Shown here: in pieces, positions 11,088 to 22,746 of the stretch
Layout: each line of letters begins with the position of its first letter
Numbering within the stretch: the stretch's first letter is position 1
Source: Mytilus californianus
Lineage: Eukaryota
DNA length: 64,000 bases
Reading direction: 5' to 3'
Assembly (NCBI RefSeq): GCF_021869535.1
Contig: NW_026262604.1
Coordinates: 19,468,001-19,532,000 of the forward strand
Notes under the pieces: model-generated
The model's database searches: none
The model's input: only the letters and a program-made list of their open reading frames with translations
Told to the model about the DNA's origin: nothing
Made by a program: the position numbers and the translations under genes

Positions 11088-12784
11088 AACTTGGAAGACA
11101 GGTGCCATGTGAAATTATCAATATAACCGATACTGTGTCGCCTAATGCCAGGGGTAGAGTACACCATGTTGAAAAGTCCAGTCGTATGTTTTGGATATGG
11201 TTTGATGACTCAAATTATATTTCAGTTGCTCTCAGCAAAAATTGTACACACCTCATGCCAGAACCATTCAGATATGTCAGTTCGAGGGACTTACAAGAAT
11301 TGTTGGAAGACTGCCGAAACGGAACAGTTATCAAAAGGTTATTATGCAACCATTCCGTGACATACAATATCAGTTTAGTCAATGCCGTTATACCCTACTT
11401 TTCCGATGTGCGTATCTTCTTTGCTGATGGAATTAACAACTGCACAGAACTTTTCAAAAAATTTATTGAATCAAAAAAAAGCATTTTATCAAATGCACAC
11501 GTCAATAATTTTCTAACTAATAGTTCAAACTGCTGGAAATATGCTTTCTTTACTAACCAAATTATCATTGGCGTACAATTGACCGAAATAAGAAATGGTA
11601 GCGGACGTATGATATCATGATACATGTATATGAATATTAAATCACTTTTACAGAGACGCATTTGGTTCATATTGAAACACAAATCATGTAGGGAACTATT
11701 TTATCAATACGCTTATTGGAATGTGAAAATGTTTGATGATAGAGCTATTCTCAGTATTGATAATATAAATACTTTTTCTCATGAAAATAATTGTTTTGAT
11801 GTTCGCTTTCCATGCCTTTTTCCGTTCTATGATATGTATGCAACTTTACCAGATTCTACAATATCATATGTAAAAATTGTAATTGCAGTTGAAATAACAA
11901 CAGTAAATAGCGTTTTTCTATCTATATTTCTGCAAAAAGAGAACCGAACACCTGTTATCATTCTTCTGTCCGTTTTGGCTGTATCTGATACTACTACCGT
12001 GCTGTTAATGACTATTCCATTGTTTACTCTCCATGAAGTACATATGAACTTCAATGAAAGATTGGCTCTTCGTTTTGTTGACTTTCCAGAATGTGTAATT
12101 TATACTTTTCTTGACGATTTACAACATTTATTCCATTTAACATCAGTCTTCATAACAGCACTTTTGTGTCTCCAGAAAACTGTAGCTCTGCTTTTGCCAA
12201 TGTGGAGCAAACGATGTTTGAATAGCAGAGTCAGTATTATATTTTCTTTTTTTGTCTTTTTCATAAGTATTTGCATGAGTTCACCAAAACTTGTGGAAAA
12301 TCTTATCAGCATTAAGAATTTCAACGGCAGATGTTGTTCAACTTTTTCTACTGATACATTCAGTTACCATTTCACTATAACTAACGCTTGTTACCTTGTA
12401 TCTTGTTTGGTAGTGGCTATATGTACTGTTTATATAATATGCAAATTAACCTGCCTGAGAAGAAATCTCCCGTGGACCGATAGTCCTGTTGTTCAGAGAA
12501 GAAACCGTATCTCAGCAATTACGGTTGTGACCATTTGTATCATATTTTTGCTATCTGAGTCGGCGCTTATTGTCGTATCTTTCACGACTATGCTTTATCT
12601 TTTTGACCCATCGTACTGGCAGATATTGTATGTTGCGAAATCTACATTGACAAAATATACGGACATTAGTCTTATGTTTGGGTTCTCTCTGAACTTCATA
12701 GTTTACATTGTAATGAGTAAGCAGATACGTGATAAATTAGTTATTGGCGTTATAAGGATTGCAAGATGCTGTAAATGTTGGTGA
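11088..12784 (+). CDS. Rhodopsin-like (class A) GPCR, FMRFamide/sex-peptide-receptor-like, with a long N-glycosylated ectodomain; interrupted by an in-frame TGA at 11618-11620
   Basis: ORFs 11060-11620 and 11624-12784 share one frame. Strong phase-1 acceptor (TTTCTTATTTTAG|AA) at 11087. Seven hydrophobic segments, LAVSD in TM2, LQK in place of DRY, conserved ECL Cys, LNFIVY in TM7. Many N-x-S/T sites. Confidence 0.85.
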
Positions 12785-12839
12785 AGAATGACAATATCTT
12801 ATGACAAACATTAATATTAAAACCGTTAATATGAAAAGA

Positions 12840-12906
12840 GAGACACAGAAAGAGAGAGAGAGAGAAAGAGATAGAGAGAGATATAAAAAAAAGAGAGAGA
12901 GAGAGA
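12840..12906 (+). repeat. (GA)n microsatellite
   Basis: Interrupted GA dinucleotide run downstream of the GPCR stop. Confidence 0.9.
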
Positions 12907-14849
12907 ATTATGTATTAAGAAATTAAAGATCAAACCTAATGTTCGATCAATTAAACATAATTGGGACATTTGTAGCTTGATATATTTTGAGTTTTTTTTA
13001 TAGATTGAATGCTTTTACTTTGTATGGTCAAAGATTAGTTTGGGAAATTATGTTGTACACTAAAAAATTAACGCTGTGATTTTATATTTTCAAAAAAAAA
13101 AAAAAAAAAAAAAAGGAAGATAAAAATTATTTAAGCCCTCCAAGGTCAGAAGTTAATGTGATTGCGAAGATAATAGCACGAGTAGGAAGTGAAGGCTGAC
13201 AGTCATTTATTGTTGTCTTACACGTTTTTCAAAACTTGTGAAATGTATTATGAAAACAGAATTGTGAGTATTGAAATATTTGAGGTTAAATTATGAATAT
13301 CAAAACCTATTTTTATTGTTTTAACCAAATTGTTATCATATTTTCAAGTTAGAAGCGTACCATGAGAAACATGCTAACTAAATGAAACACCATATTTTAC
13401 AGGTTATTGAATTATCACATATTCAAGAAGTTTAAGTTTTGAGATACCGTAGCTTTATAAGTCATTATATATTCACAAGTCATAAATCTAGTCAGAAAGT
13501 TACTGTTCAAAATCGTTATAATTAGCCCGGAATAAGATTCGTTTCATATCGGGCATTGTTATGCAAATATATGAAAATTCATGAATCTTGATCCGTCGTG
13601 TGGTTTTATGTATTAAGGTTATTTTGATTTAACGGTAAAATATTATACAATTTGGCAGTAAAACTAAATCTATGTTCAGTTTGAAAAATATAGATGCATG
13701 GGGACAATAGATAGTCTAGCGGATAGGCATTGAAGATGCAATAACAATAGCTGAATTATACGATTGTTGGAAGGGATCAAGTTCCGTAAGAAAGTTTAAA
13801 ACTGATCGCCATCATCATCAGCACCAGCAGCAGCATCGCATCGCTTCTATCTCCACAATTGTAAGATTGCGTTTTACTCTAATCAAGGTATTAAGAACCA
13901 ATTTTGTTTTCATTTAAAACCTGTCGTTTCAAATATATTTTTTAAAACCGATTATTTTAATAGCAGGATATATAAAAAGCAATGTAAAAGCTTATTGCAA
14001 ACCTTTTCTTTCTAAAGTTGGGACATACAATTTTATTCCAAAATATACAGTGGACCTTTTTGTTTTTTACATCTTGATTACAGTACAATTAAATCTTACT
14101 CTTGTGTTCATTTATGCATATCTATTTAGTACACGTGAAATGTTTATACGAAGAAGACATTTTTAAGCAATTTCATTGGACGAGAAGTATGTGCTTACTT
14201 AGGATATGTTAAGTAATTATATTTGCTAGCAATGACTTCATAGAATTGTAAATACAAATAAATTTTAGTGCTTTGGAACAGTGTTATGCTTAATAGTTTA
14301 GCAGTTAGTTAGAAACATGTTTGTTATTTACAAATGATAACATGTTTTGAGCCATATTTTTGAAGTCTATGTTATAAAATGAATATAAATAATGGGAGAT
14401 AATTTGGCAAAGGAGATAACATAAATAAGAATTTGAAGAAGTTAGGAATATCTTAGAATTTTTACTTATATTTTGGCATTGCACAAGGTCATATGTTTAT
14501 ACTGTTGTTGACGTCTTTGCAATGGATCCGTTAAATTGGTACTGTTCACTTATATTTTGGCATTTCACAAGGTCATGCGTTTAGACTGTTTTTGACGTCT
14601 TTGTAATGAATCCATCAAATTGGTACTGTTAGATACTTAAATCTGTTAGAACATCATTTATTTATAAGTAGTAATTTGCTTTGAACTAACTTTAAGTACT
14701 GCGAGTACGATTTTATCGGTGGTTTGTATCTGTTGTTTTCTACTATTGTTAGTTGTTTTTGTTCTTCATATAGATATATCTGGTTAAGCCATTTGCAATT
14801 CATTTTTACAGTCTTATCTTATATTGTGGTGTTACGGCACTATCACAGG

Positions 14850-15180
14850 TTAACGGAGAGTTCAACGCAAAATACATATGTTTAACCCGCCGAATTCGGT
14901 GTGTGTCTGTCCTAAGTCAGGAACCTGTTACTCCAGTTGGTTTCGTAGATTCATGTCAGTCATGTTTGGTTTTTATTTATTGTTTTGTTATGACCTAGGC
15001 TGTTAGATTATTTTTAGTTATTTCACAGTTGTCATGTCGAGGCCTTTTAAAGCTGACTATACAGTATAAGTTTTTCTCATTGTTGAAAGCCGTACAATGA
15101 CCGATTATGCATTACATTTTCATCATTTGAACTCTGATGGATAATTGTCTCATAGGCAATCGTACCACATCTCCTAATTT
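14850..15180 (-). mobile_element. Family A repeat, long form
   Basis: Reverse-complement match to 2225-2530 and 4705-4880. Confidence 0.7.
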
Positions 15181-15632
15181 TCAAATAGAAGATTCAGAAA
15201 TATGAAATGAATATATTTTCATGATTTAGTTACAAAGAACTATAAAATTCAATCATAGCCTTTGTGTGTGACCAAGGACATTTGTTCTTTGAGTTTTATC
15301 AGATTTGTACTATTCAAATATCTGTAAATATATTTTATCTTTATATTATTAATATTGTTGTTACTGCTATTTGCATTAAAGCTTTTATTCTTGAAAAGCA
15401 ATTTTATTCTATCCAATGAAATAAAAGATTCTTTTCCATTCGTTTGCTGTGTTTGAACTTTGGATTTTGCCATTTGATAAGGGAATTTCGGATTTGAATA
15501 TTCCTTGGAGTTCGATTTTTTTTTTCCTTTTTAGCAAAGCGATACGACTTACCGTTTCGAAAATATCAGTATGTATAGGAATGAATCCTATTGACCATCA
15601 GACTCATATGTCCAATTATGGTCAATACAGGA

Positions 15633-16028
15633 GCGTTCCTGATGAAGGTAAATCCAGAATAGCACATTGGACGCATAAAATTAATAACTTGTTGTTTTCA
15701 TTTTTTATAGCACTGGGTCGATACCTCTGATGGTGGACTATCAGTCCCCGAGGGTATCATCAGCTCAGTAGTTAGAACATCGGTATTGACATGATTAATA
15801 ACAAACTTTTTTAAAATTGTCCGTTTATAAATTTTGAAATTATAAAGAAACTAAGATTTCAACTCCCACAGGCAAAGTTGACCTTAGATGAACTTGGCTA
15901 TTTTGTTTAAGACACCTTTTTAGTCATATAGCTTTTGAACTGTTTCGGTCCTTATACATCCTCGGCTTTCAAATATTTGGATTTGAGCGTTCCTGATAAA
16001 GGTAAATCCAGAAAAGCGCTTCGGACGC
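15633..16028 (+). mobile_element. Retrozyme-like element: two type I hammerhead motifs 354 nt apart
   Basis: GCGTTC-CTGATGA-AGGTAAATCCA-GAAT-AGCACAT-TGGACGC (15633-15674) and GCGTTC-CTGATAA-AGGTAAATCCA-GAAAAGCGCTTC-GGACGC (15987-16028). The spacer matches the reverse strand at 62220-62345. Confidence 0.75.
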
Positions 16029-16889
16029 ATACAATTAATAACGTGTTGTTTTTCATTTGCTCTGGTAGCCAGTTATACACTGTCAAACCATGTCAGCCTA
16101 AACATCTAAGCCACACTTCATTGGGCACTCTTTAAGTCTGAAAAATATTCAAAATTCAAGCTGTAGTCTCAGGTTCATGTAAAGCAGTGCAAAAAACGAA
16201 ATATATCAAGATTGTTGTTAAATAATTATATAACTGTCTGCATAGCCGCCATCCAAGTATGAGATACCTCTTTTCAATGTAAAGGATGAAGGGTCATATT
16301 GATTTACATACCGGTAATAACAACAAGGAAAATGGCAAAAAGCTATCGTTTCAGTTGTCTTGTTTGAATATAGCATATAGCAATTTCAACAACTAAAAGG
16401 GAGCTTAGTTTGCCATCGCCAATTTTTATTTGAAACGGATATGTTGAGTTGAACAGCTCTTAAAAGACTGGACAATAAAAAAAGTGAGTCATATTCATTC
16501 TTTCAATCCTCTTCAGACAATTATGTGCTGTCAATTAAGATATGTTCAGCTTATGATTAGACTGTTCAGTATTTGTTATTTACCTGTACATCAAAAACAT
16601 ACTGAATTGTATAAAAAGCTACTGAACAGTACTGCAGTACTATATTAACCACAGTAAAAATAAGTCTGAAAATTGACTAAAAAAGGAATATGAATTTTAA
16701 ATAATGTTCCAAGTGCTGAAGTTGAAATCTCCGCTTGAAAATTATACGGAAATATCTGTTTCAAAAATGACGAGTGAATATGTTCCAATTGTCGAAACCA
16801 TAATCCTGTCCATTTGGCGAATGTGAATACCGAATTTGACTTATCACCGGGTTTATACTTACATGAAAAGCACGATGGTTGCCACATGT

Positions 16890-16995
16890 GTAGCAGGATA
16901 TGGTTACCCTTCCAGAGCATCTGATATCAACCCCAGTTTTTGGTCGGGTTTGTATTGCTGAGGCTTTGGTTTTCCATGTTGTGTTTTGTATAGAA
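16890..16995 (+). mobile_element. Family B repeat
   Basis: GCAGGATATGGTTACCCTTCCAGAGCATCTGATATCAACCCCAG..., as in 26915-27115. Confidence 0.7.
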
Positions 16996-17149
16996 AATCA
17001 GTTTCCAAATGCTTTAACATATACAGAATATATAGTCACATATATCCAGAGAACGACCCCTATTGATTGTGAAGCTAAAAAATGTCTCAGTTAATACAAA
17101 TAGACTTTTATTTATGCGAAAAGATTTTCATATGCTTAATCAAATAGTG

Positions 17150-17690
17150 TATATGAGAACTTTATGTCATTGTAGGCCCTCACCACTGATCAAAACCATA
17201 CCGCATATCAATCTATTAAAGGGCCCGACATAACACATGTAAAACAATTCAAACAAGAAAATTAACGACCCAATTTTCGTACAACACATATTTTGCGGCC
17301 AAACAATGACCTTGGATAGTGATGTATAGCACAACATTAGAGAAACTATAGTAATTCTTTGAAATAAGCTTGGCTTAAGACCGTATGCGTTAATAACTGT
17401 AAAGCAAAATATATGCTGTTAGGTTTTGTTAATTGACAAACTCAATGTTAGTACCGATATAAAAACCAAATTCAAAAACCTTATTACTGAATTGTTAAAT
17501 TGATAATCTTTAAGAATATGTTTATTCAAAGGTTATGGCAATTATCACTAAATATAAACTAAAATGTGGTTTTCGGATGCAAACTCAAGAACCACATATA
17601 TGATTAAAATAAAATTGAGAATGGAAATGGGGAATGTGTCAAAGAGACAACAACCCGACCATAGAGCAGACAACAGCCGAAGGCCACCAA
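17150..17690 (+). mobile_element. Family A fragment (17150-17285) and family C fragment (17605-17690)
   Basis: Direct similarity to 4705-4880 and 144-340 respectively. Confidence 0.65.
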
Positions 17691-20567
17691 TTGCACGTTT
17701 TTAGAAATATAGTGATCACAATTTATTCAAATGTCACTTTTGTCATAGTTACTAAAAAGTACTGAAATATGTGCATAGAAGTAGTTTCCGGGTGCTAATT
17801 CTTTTATTTCAAACGAATTTCGTATATGATCGCATAAAAGATAGAGACATCCCTATGGGTTATGAATTGCTATGTATAAGGTAAAGGCAAAAGGTAGACT
17901 AAAATTCGTACAGAAAAATTGTTTTATGATGCTTAATAAATACTATACTACTTATATATTATCATACATGATGAGGATAGATCCTTTTTAATTCAGACGC
18001 CATTCCGTCTAAGCTCAAAGTCATTGGTACATACACAGATTTTGTTAGACAATGTTACTGTCAAATCCTGTTAGAAGTGAATCATAACTTAATAAAATAG
18101 ATATAAAAACTATGCCATCAAGTCCCTTACAGCTTTTCCTCTTTATAAGGGGTGTGGTGATATGTTAGCTTGTTCACTTAAGGTTTTTTAATTTTGAGGA
18201 GTATATGACATCTGACCTACCATACTAGTATTACCTTTATTACGTTTTCTTGCTCAATGACCAAGCTTTTGTTGTTGGTTTTAAGAACATAATTTGAATT
18301 AAGAAATGTATTTAAGGACCATTTATCTCAGATTAAGACCGATTTAACTTTGTTATTAAAAACGTCTGTCCTTCAATATCCCATTTTCTTTAGAATTTAA
18401 AATGATGCTTCTCTAATGTAAATCATGTAGATGGAGCATATGCGTTGTATAGACACATTCTGGTTTTTTTAAGTCTGAAATAATATAAGCTCGGTAAACT
18501 TTTCGTGATAATTCAATAGTGAATTCAGTTTTACTTCCCTTAATCTATAGAATTCAATCTAGGCACTGATATATCAAAAGATTATATAAAAATAAGCATG
18601 TTATTGACAGGACATACTATAGTTTATTTCTAAGCAACAAACATTTTATTACATTTAAGTTCAAAAGTCAATGCCACCTATAATGATACAGAGTGTACCG
18701 GCATGCAAAATAATAAAATTGAATGTTAAAGGTTACCAAAATTAATATTGTCGAAACAACCAATTGTTGACATAATAACCGAGATCATAGGTCATCTTCA
18801 CTAGTAATAGACCAAAAAAAGGTACAAAAAAAGAAAAAGTAAAGATATTTATTATGTGTTAATAAGATAACATCACATTTTTCTGTTATTGGAGAGTTCT
18901 GTTGTTATCAACTTTACCTACAATCAGTATACAATATTTTCAAATACTGGAAACATTGAGAGAACATTAATAATGCATTACTGTCTACATCAATGCAGGA
19001 ATCCTCATAATTGCATAAGCAGAACAAATCATCGTGGGTAGGAAACATCAAGTCAAATCTACTCAAAAGAACATATAAGTTTTCTAATTGTAAATTGCAT
19101 TTTAATTCAGTTGCGATTGAAATAAAGGAATTTCATAAAACCAAGATTTTTGTGCTAACTAGAAATATGGTAATATGAAAAGAAATTGCGTACATATGAA
19201 GTGTTCGTTTAAATGTTTTACATATATATATATCGATTTATCGGTTGCTTTGGTCCAGCTTGTTCGTAATATAAAACCGGATCACTGCATTCAATATATA
19301 CATATATGTACATGTACCAGTGTCATTTTATCACTGATAAAGTGAAAAGTATATTATATGTGCACGTACGTTGCTTATTTACATAGTGTTTGAGTAATAT
19401 TAAAATCACACATTCAGTTGAAGACGGGTTCGCAGGAAAGAATCTCGAATGGTCAACAATTATACATCGCTCAAAGTAAATAATTATTTATTATAACATA
19501 ACAACTAATTTCAACAGTAAAAATAAATAACAATACATTGTCCGATTTAAAACAAAAGTATATGATTTGTCCTACGCTTCAGAATTTATGAACTGAACTT
19601 GACATTCACTGAACATGCTGAAATTGACATTGTTACATGGTCGATTTTGTGTGTTAAACATGTACACATTCAAGTTTTTAACTCGATGATTGGCGCCGTA
19701 GAAAATGGAGTTAATCCTGCTGTTCATGTTTGTCTGTAAGAAGACAATGGGTTTAATGCATATTGCAAATGTTTGAAAACAAACAGAACGTAAATTAATC
19801 TATAGTTCGCATAAGGTCAAGAAATACGACTGCAATACACATTCTGAGGTCACGCATGTTCATACAACACTCGTCAACAGCAATACACAAACGTAGTCCG
19901 GCAGTGGGCGGACTTTTAAAGCGATATTTGTATAGTATACAGATACAGCCTAGCGATATATGTTGGGCTGTAAATGTATGATAAGACACCCAATTGCAGG
20001 ATAAATACTTCTACAAAGAGCTTACAATACTTATTTCAGTTCAATGTTTTACCTGCAAGTTTTTGACTTTATGCCGTTGGTCAACATGATATTTGTAATT
20101 AATTTTAGTTACAGTTTTTTATTTTTAGATTTGTTTTGTTCAGAAATACCTCATTCTTGGTAATAAAAGTAAATAAAACGTTGGTTGCACATTACAAGAG
20201 TTACGGATTATCATGATTATGTACATAATAGAAATCTTTATTGTTGCACGACATAATTTCTTCATAACAATGAGGATATGATTTATAGTTACAATTGGTG
20301 ACAAAACACAGACAATATGATTGAAATATATAAACACTTGAAAATATATATGGCATCAAACTTAACAAAACTATCAAACCAGACAAGAATATCATTAAAC
20401 AGCACAAAATGTTAAAGATTTCTTTTATATATTGCGTGGCTGATATGCAATTTCAAAAGGTTTGCATAGCTGTACGTCTTTCTGTCTATCTTATTACTTT
20501 GATTTTCATTCTGCATTTAAATAATTGATTAATTAAAGCTCAAATTGCGGATAAATGCATTACAAAA

Positions 20568-20772
20568 AAAAGTAAAATAACAAAAATACCGAACTCCGAG
20601 GAAAATTCAAATCGGAAATTCCCTAATCAAATGGCAAAATCAAAAGGTCAAACACATTAAAAGAATGGATAACAACTGTCATATTCCTGACTTGGTACAG
20701 GCATTTTCTTATGATGAAAATGGTGGATTAAAACTCGTTTTAAAGCTAGCTAAACCTCTCTCTTGTATGACT
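20568..20772 (+). mobile_element. Short interspersed repeat, family E (AAAAGTAAAATAACAAAAATACCGAACTCCGAGG...)
   Basis: Other copies lie at ~15420-15520 (-), ~25895-26040, ~35640-35975 and ~37165-37415. Confidence 0.85.
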
Positions 20773-20789
20773 AAAAATTTATGTTTTAG

Positions 20790-20919
20790 CTATGCCAAAA
20801 GGATATAACAGGCCACATTTTAGGAAAGAGAAATGAACATGCCCATATAGTATGCCAGAAATGCTGCAATAATTCTAATGTCTGTAATTATGATCAATCA
20901 TGTCAAAATCCAACAACAA
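20790..20919 (+). pseudogene. Copy A LU1 exon 3: LCQKDITGHILGKRNEHAHIVCQKCCNNSNVCNYDQSCQNPTT
   Basis: AG/GT bounded, CC-x4-5-CN three-finger terminus, paralogue of 59483-59612. Confidence 0.85.
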
Positions 20920-21085
20920 GTAAGTAGAAAAAATACACCAAATTTTAAAATGTTTGTCGTTAGCAAAAATACATATACGTGTATCGCGGTCTAGATCTTG
21001 CAAAAAATCAAAAAGAAAAAACCCAACACTATAACTACCCGAATTTGTGTCGAGTATTAAATCATTTATGTGTTATTTATTTCAG

Positions 21086-22746
21086 TTCCAGGACAGACAT
21101 GTCTATCATGTGATAATGTAGACAATCCGTAAGACTGCAATAATTCAATGGCATGTGCAAAAGAAGAGGTATATCTAATTCAATATATGTATTTTAAATA
21201 GTGATATTCACAATTCAGCACTTCTTCGGAATGACCGTTGACAATACTGAAACGCCATACCCATCAATTCAAGATTATTGATATGAAGAAAAAAAGAGCG
21301 GCATATGACCGTTTACACCAGGTTGAAAAAAAAAATATTTATCCGTTTTGGGGGTTAAGATATAACAGTAGTACAATTTGGTATCATATTGACTAAGATA
21401 CGTGGCTTCTTACATTATATAATTCAATATATATATACACGTATTCGAATACAGTATTTCACTTTGTTGTAGGTGTGTTTTCTCCATAAGTTTATGACTG
21501 AGACGCAGCATGTGAAATATGACCTCGGTTGCAAACATTCAACAGTATGATAAGTTCATTGGAAAAAATAAAGTCATGCTAGTTATAAAATAGATTTTAA
21601 ATTTTAAAAACTCTGATTTGCTTAACTAGTTTTTTGAAGTATGGAGTGTACTTAGAACAGATTTGAAGATAAGAAATAAGGATAATAATATCATTTTAAC
21701 AGCATCCTCTTGTTTATTTTCAAATTAATTTGATTTTTGAAAACAATTCAAAAAACAAACAAAAACAAAAATAAAAATCTAAAAAAATCTAATATCATCA
21801 GATAAAATTATCTCGAATTAAATAAAAAGCAGCATGTCTAAGAGGTCGGCAGGCTTCTTTTTTTTACCAATGTCCTTTGATTTATTTTGCTGTCAATATT
21901 AACTGCCTTTTGTTTTACTTTGCTTCATTATTGTATTAGGTCTTTCCATTTTTCTGTGGAAAGACCTATTGTATTTGTTCTGATTATTACTGTTTTTTTT
22001 CTTCTTCCGCCAAACCCTTTTCTTGCGGTATAAGGTTGTTTCGCAAGATGTCGCTTAGATATTTTGGATATTATATCGAACAGTTATTGCACTTTTAAAA
22101 CTCATTTTGTTAAAACGAAGACTTTTTTATTATTGTAAAAGTTATCTCCCCAAACACTGTTTCTCTTGTGAGTGTATCTCCTCCGTAACCAAAAAAGATA
22201 ACGACAAAATTCTTTTTCTTATTTGTTCGTTACATCCTCCAAATTTTTGGCTTATTTGGATCGAAGCGATTTGGTGAAATCTTAAAGGAGTTATGATTTT
22301 GTAACTCATAAACCGTAAGCCGTATAAACCTAGAGTCTTTTTATTTGAAATGTTTAGAAAATTGATGTGGAAAGACCTTCAATTGTCCTCTGAACAATTG
22401 GTTTTCAATTTGTTTTATTTTTGTCTTCGTTCCAGATAGAAAAACAAAATATGCAACATGAAATCAGGCAAACACTTCTTTTCTGAATGACAATCGTACA
22501 TATCATACATGTATTATGTTTTTTTCAATTTTAACTTTTTTGTTTATTACAATATGCTCATTAGATCCACTTGCCTGAATTTATGATTTATAACTAAACT
22601 GTCAACCTTTTCGTAGGTATGCCGTCATGGTTCAAGTATGAATGTTTTTGGTCGCCGAACATCTGCTAGCAAAATTTTAACATGTGAAAACTGTTGTAGT
22701 GGAACAGAGCTTTGTAACGTTGACCTCCAATGTGGACACCAGGCGC
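21086..22746 (+). pseudogene. Copy A LU2 (three exons: 21086-21168, 21473-21544, 22617-22746)
   Basis: PGQTCLSCDNVDNP*DCNNSMACAKEE / VCFLHKFMTETQHVKYDLGCKHST / VCRHGSSMNVFGRRTSASKILTCENCCSGTELCNVDLQCGHQA, with canonical splice sites and phases 1-0-0-1. Confidence 0.85.
21934..22405 (+). mobile_element. Helentron-associated non-autonomous element (HINE-like)
   Basis: 5' hairpin AGGTCTTTCC..GGAAAGACCT, 3' sub-TIR GGAAAGACCT (22369-22378) followed by stem-loop CAATTGT-CCTCTGA-ACAATTG, in T-rich flanks. Confidence 0.7.

Noticed and set aside
11145-12324. Overlapping alternative-frame and antisense ORFs in the GPCR exon
   Set aside because: Shadows of the GPCR frame with no motifs.
19705-19735. 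MELILLFMFV mini-exon as the signal exon of copy A
   Set aside because: It has a phase-1 GTAAG donor, but it is too short and not homologous to the copy B leader, so it cannot be supported.
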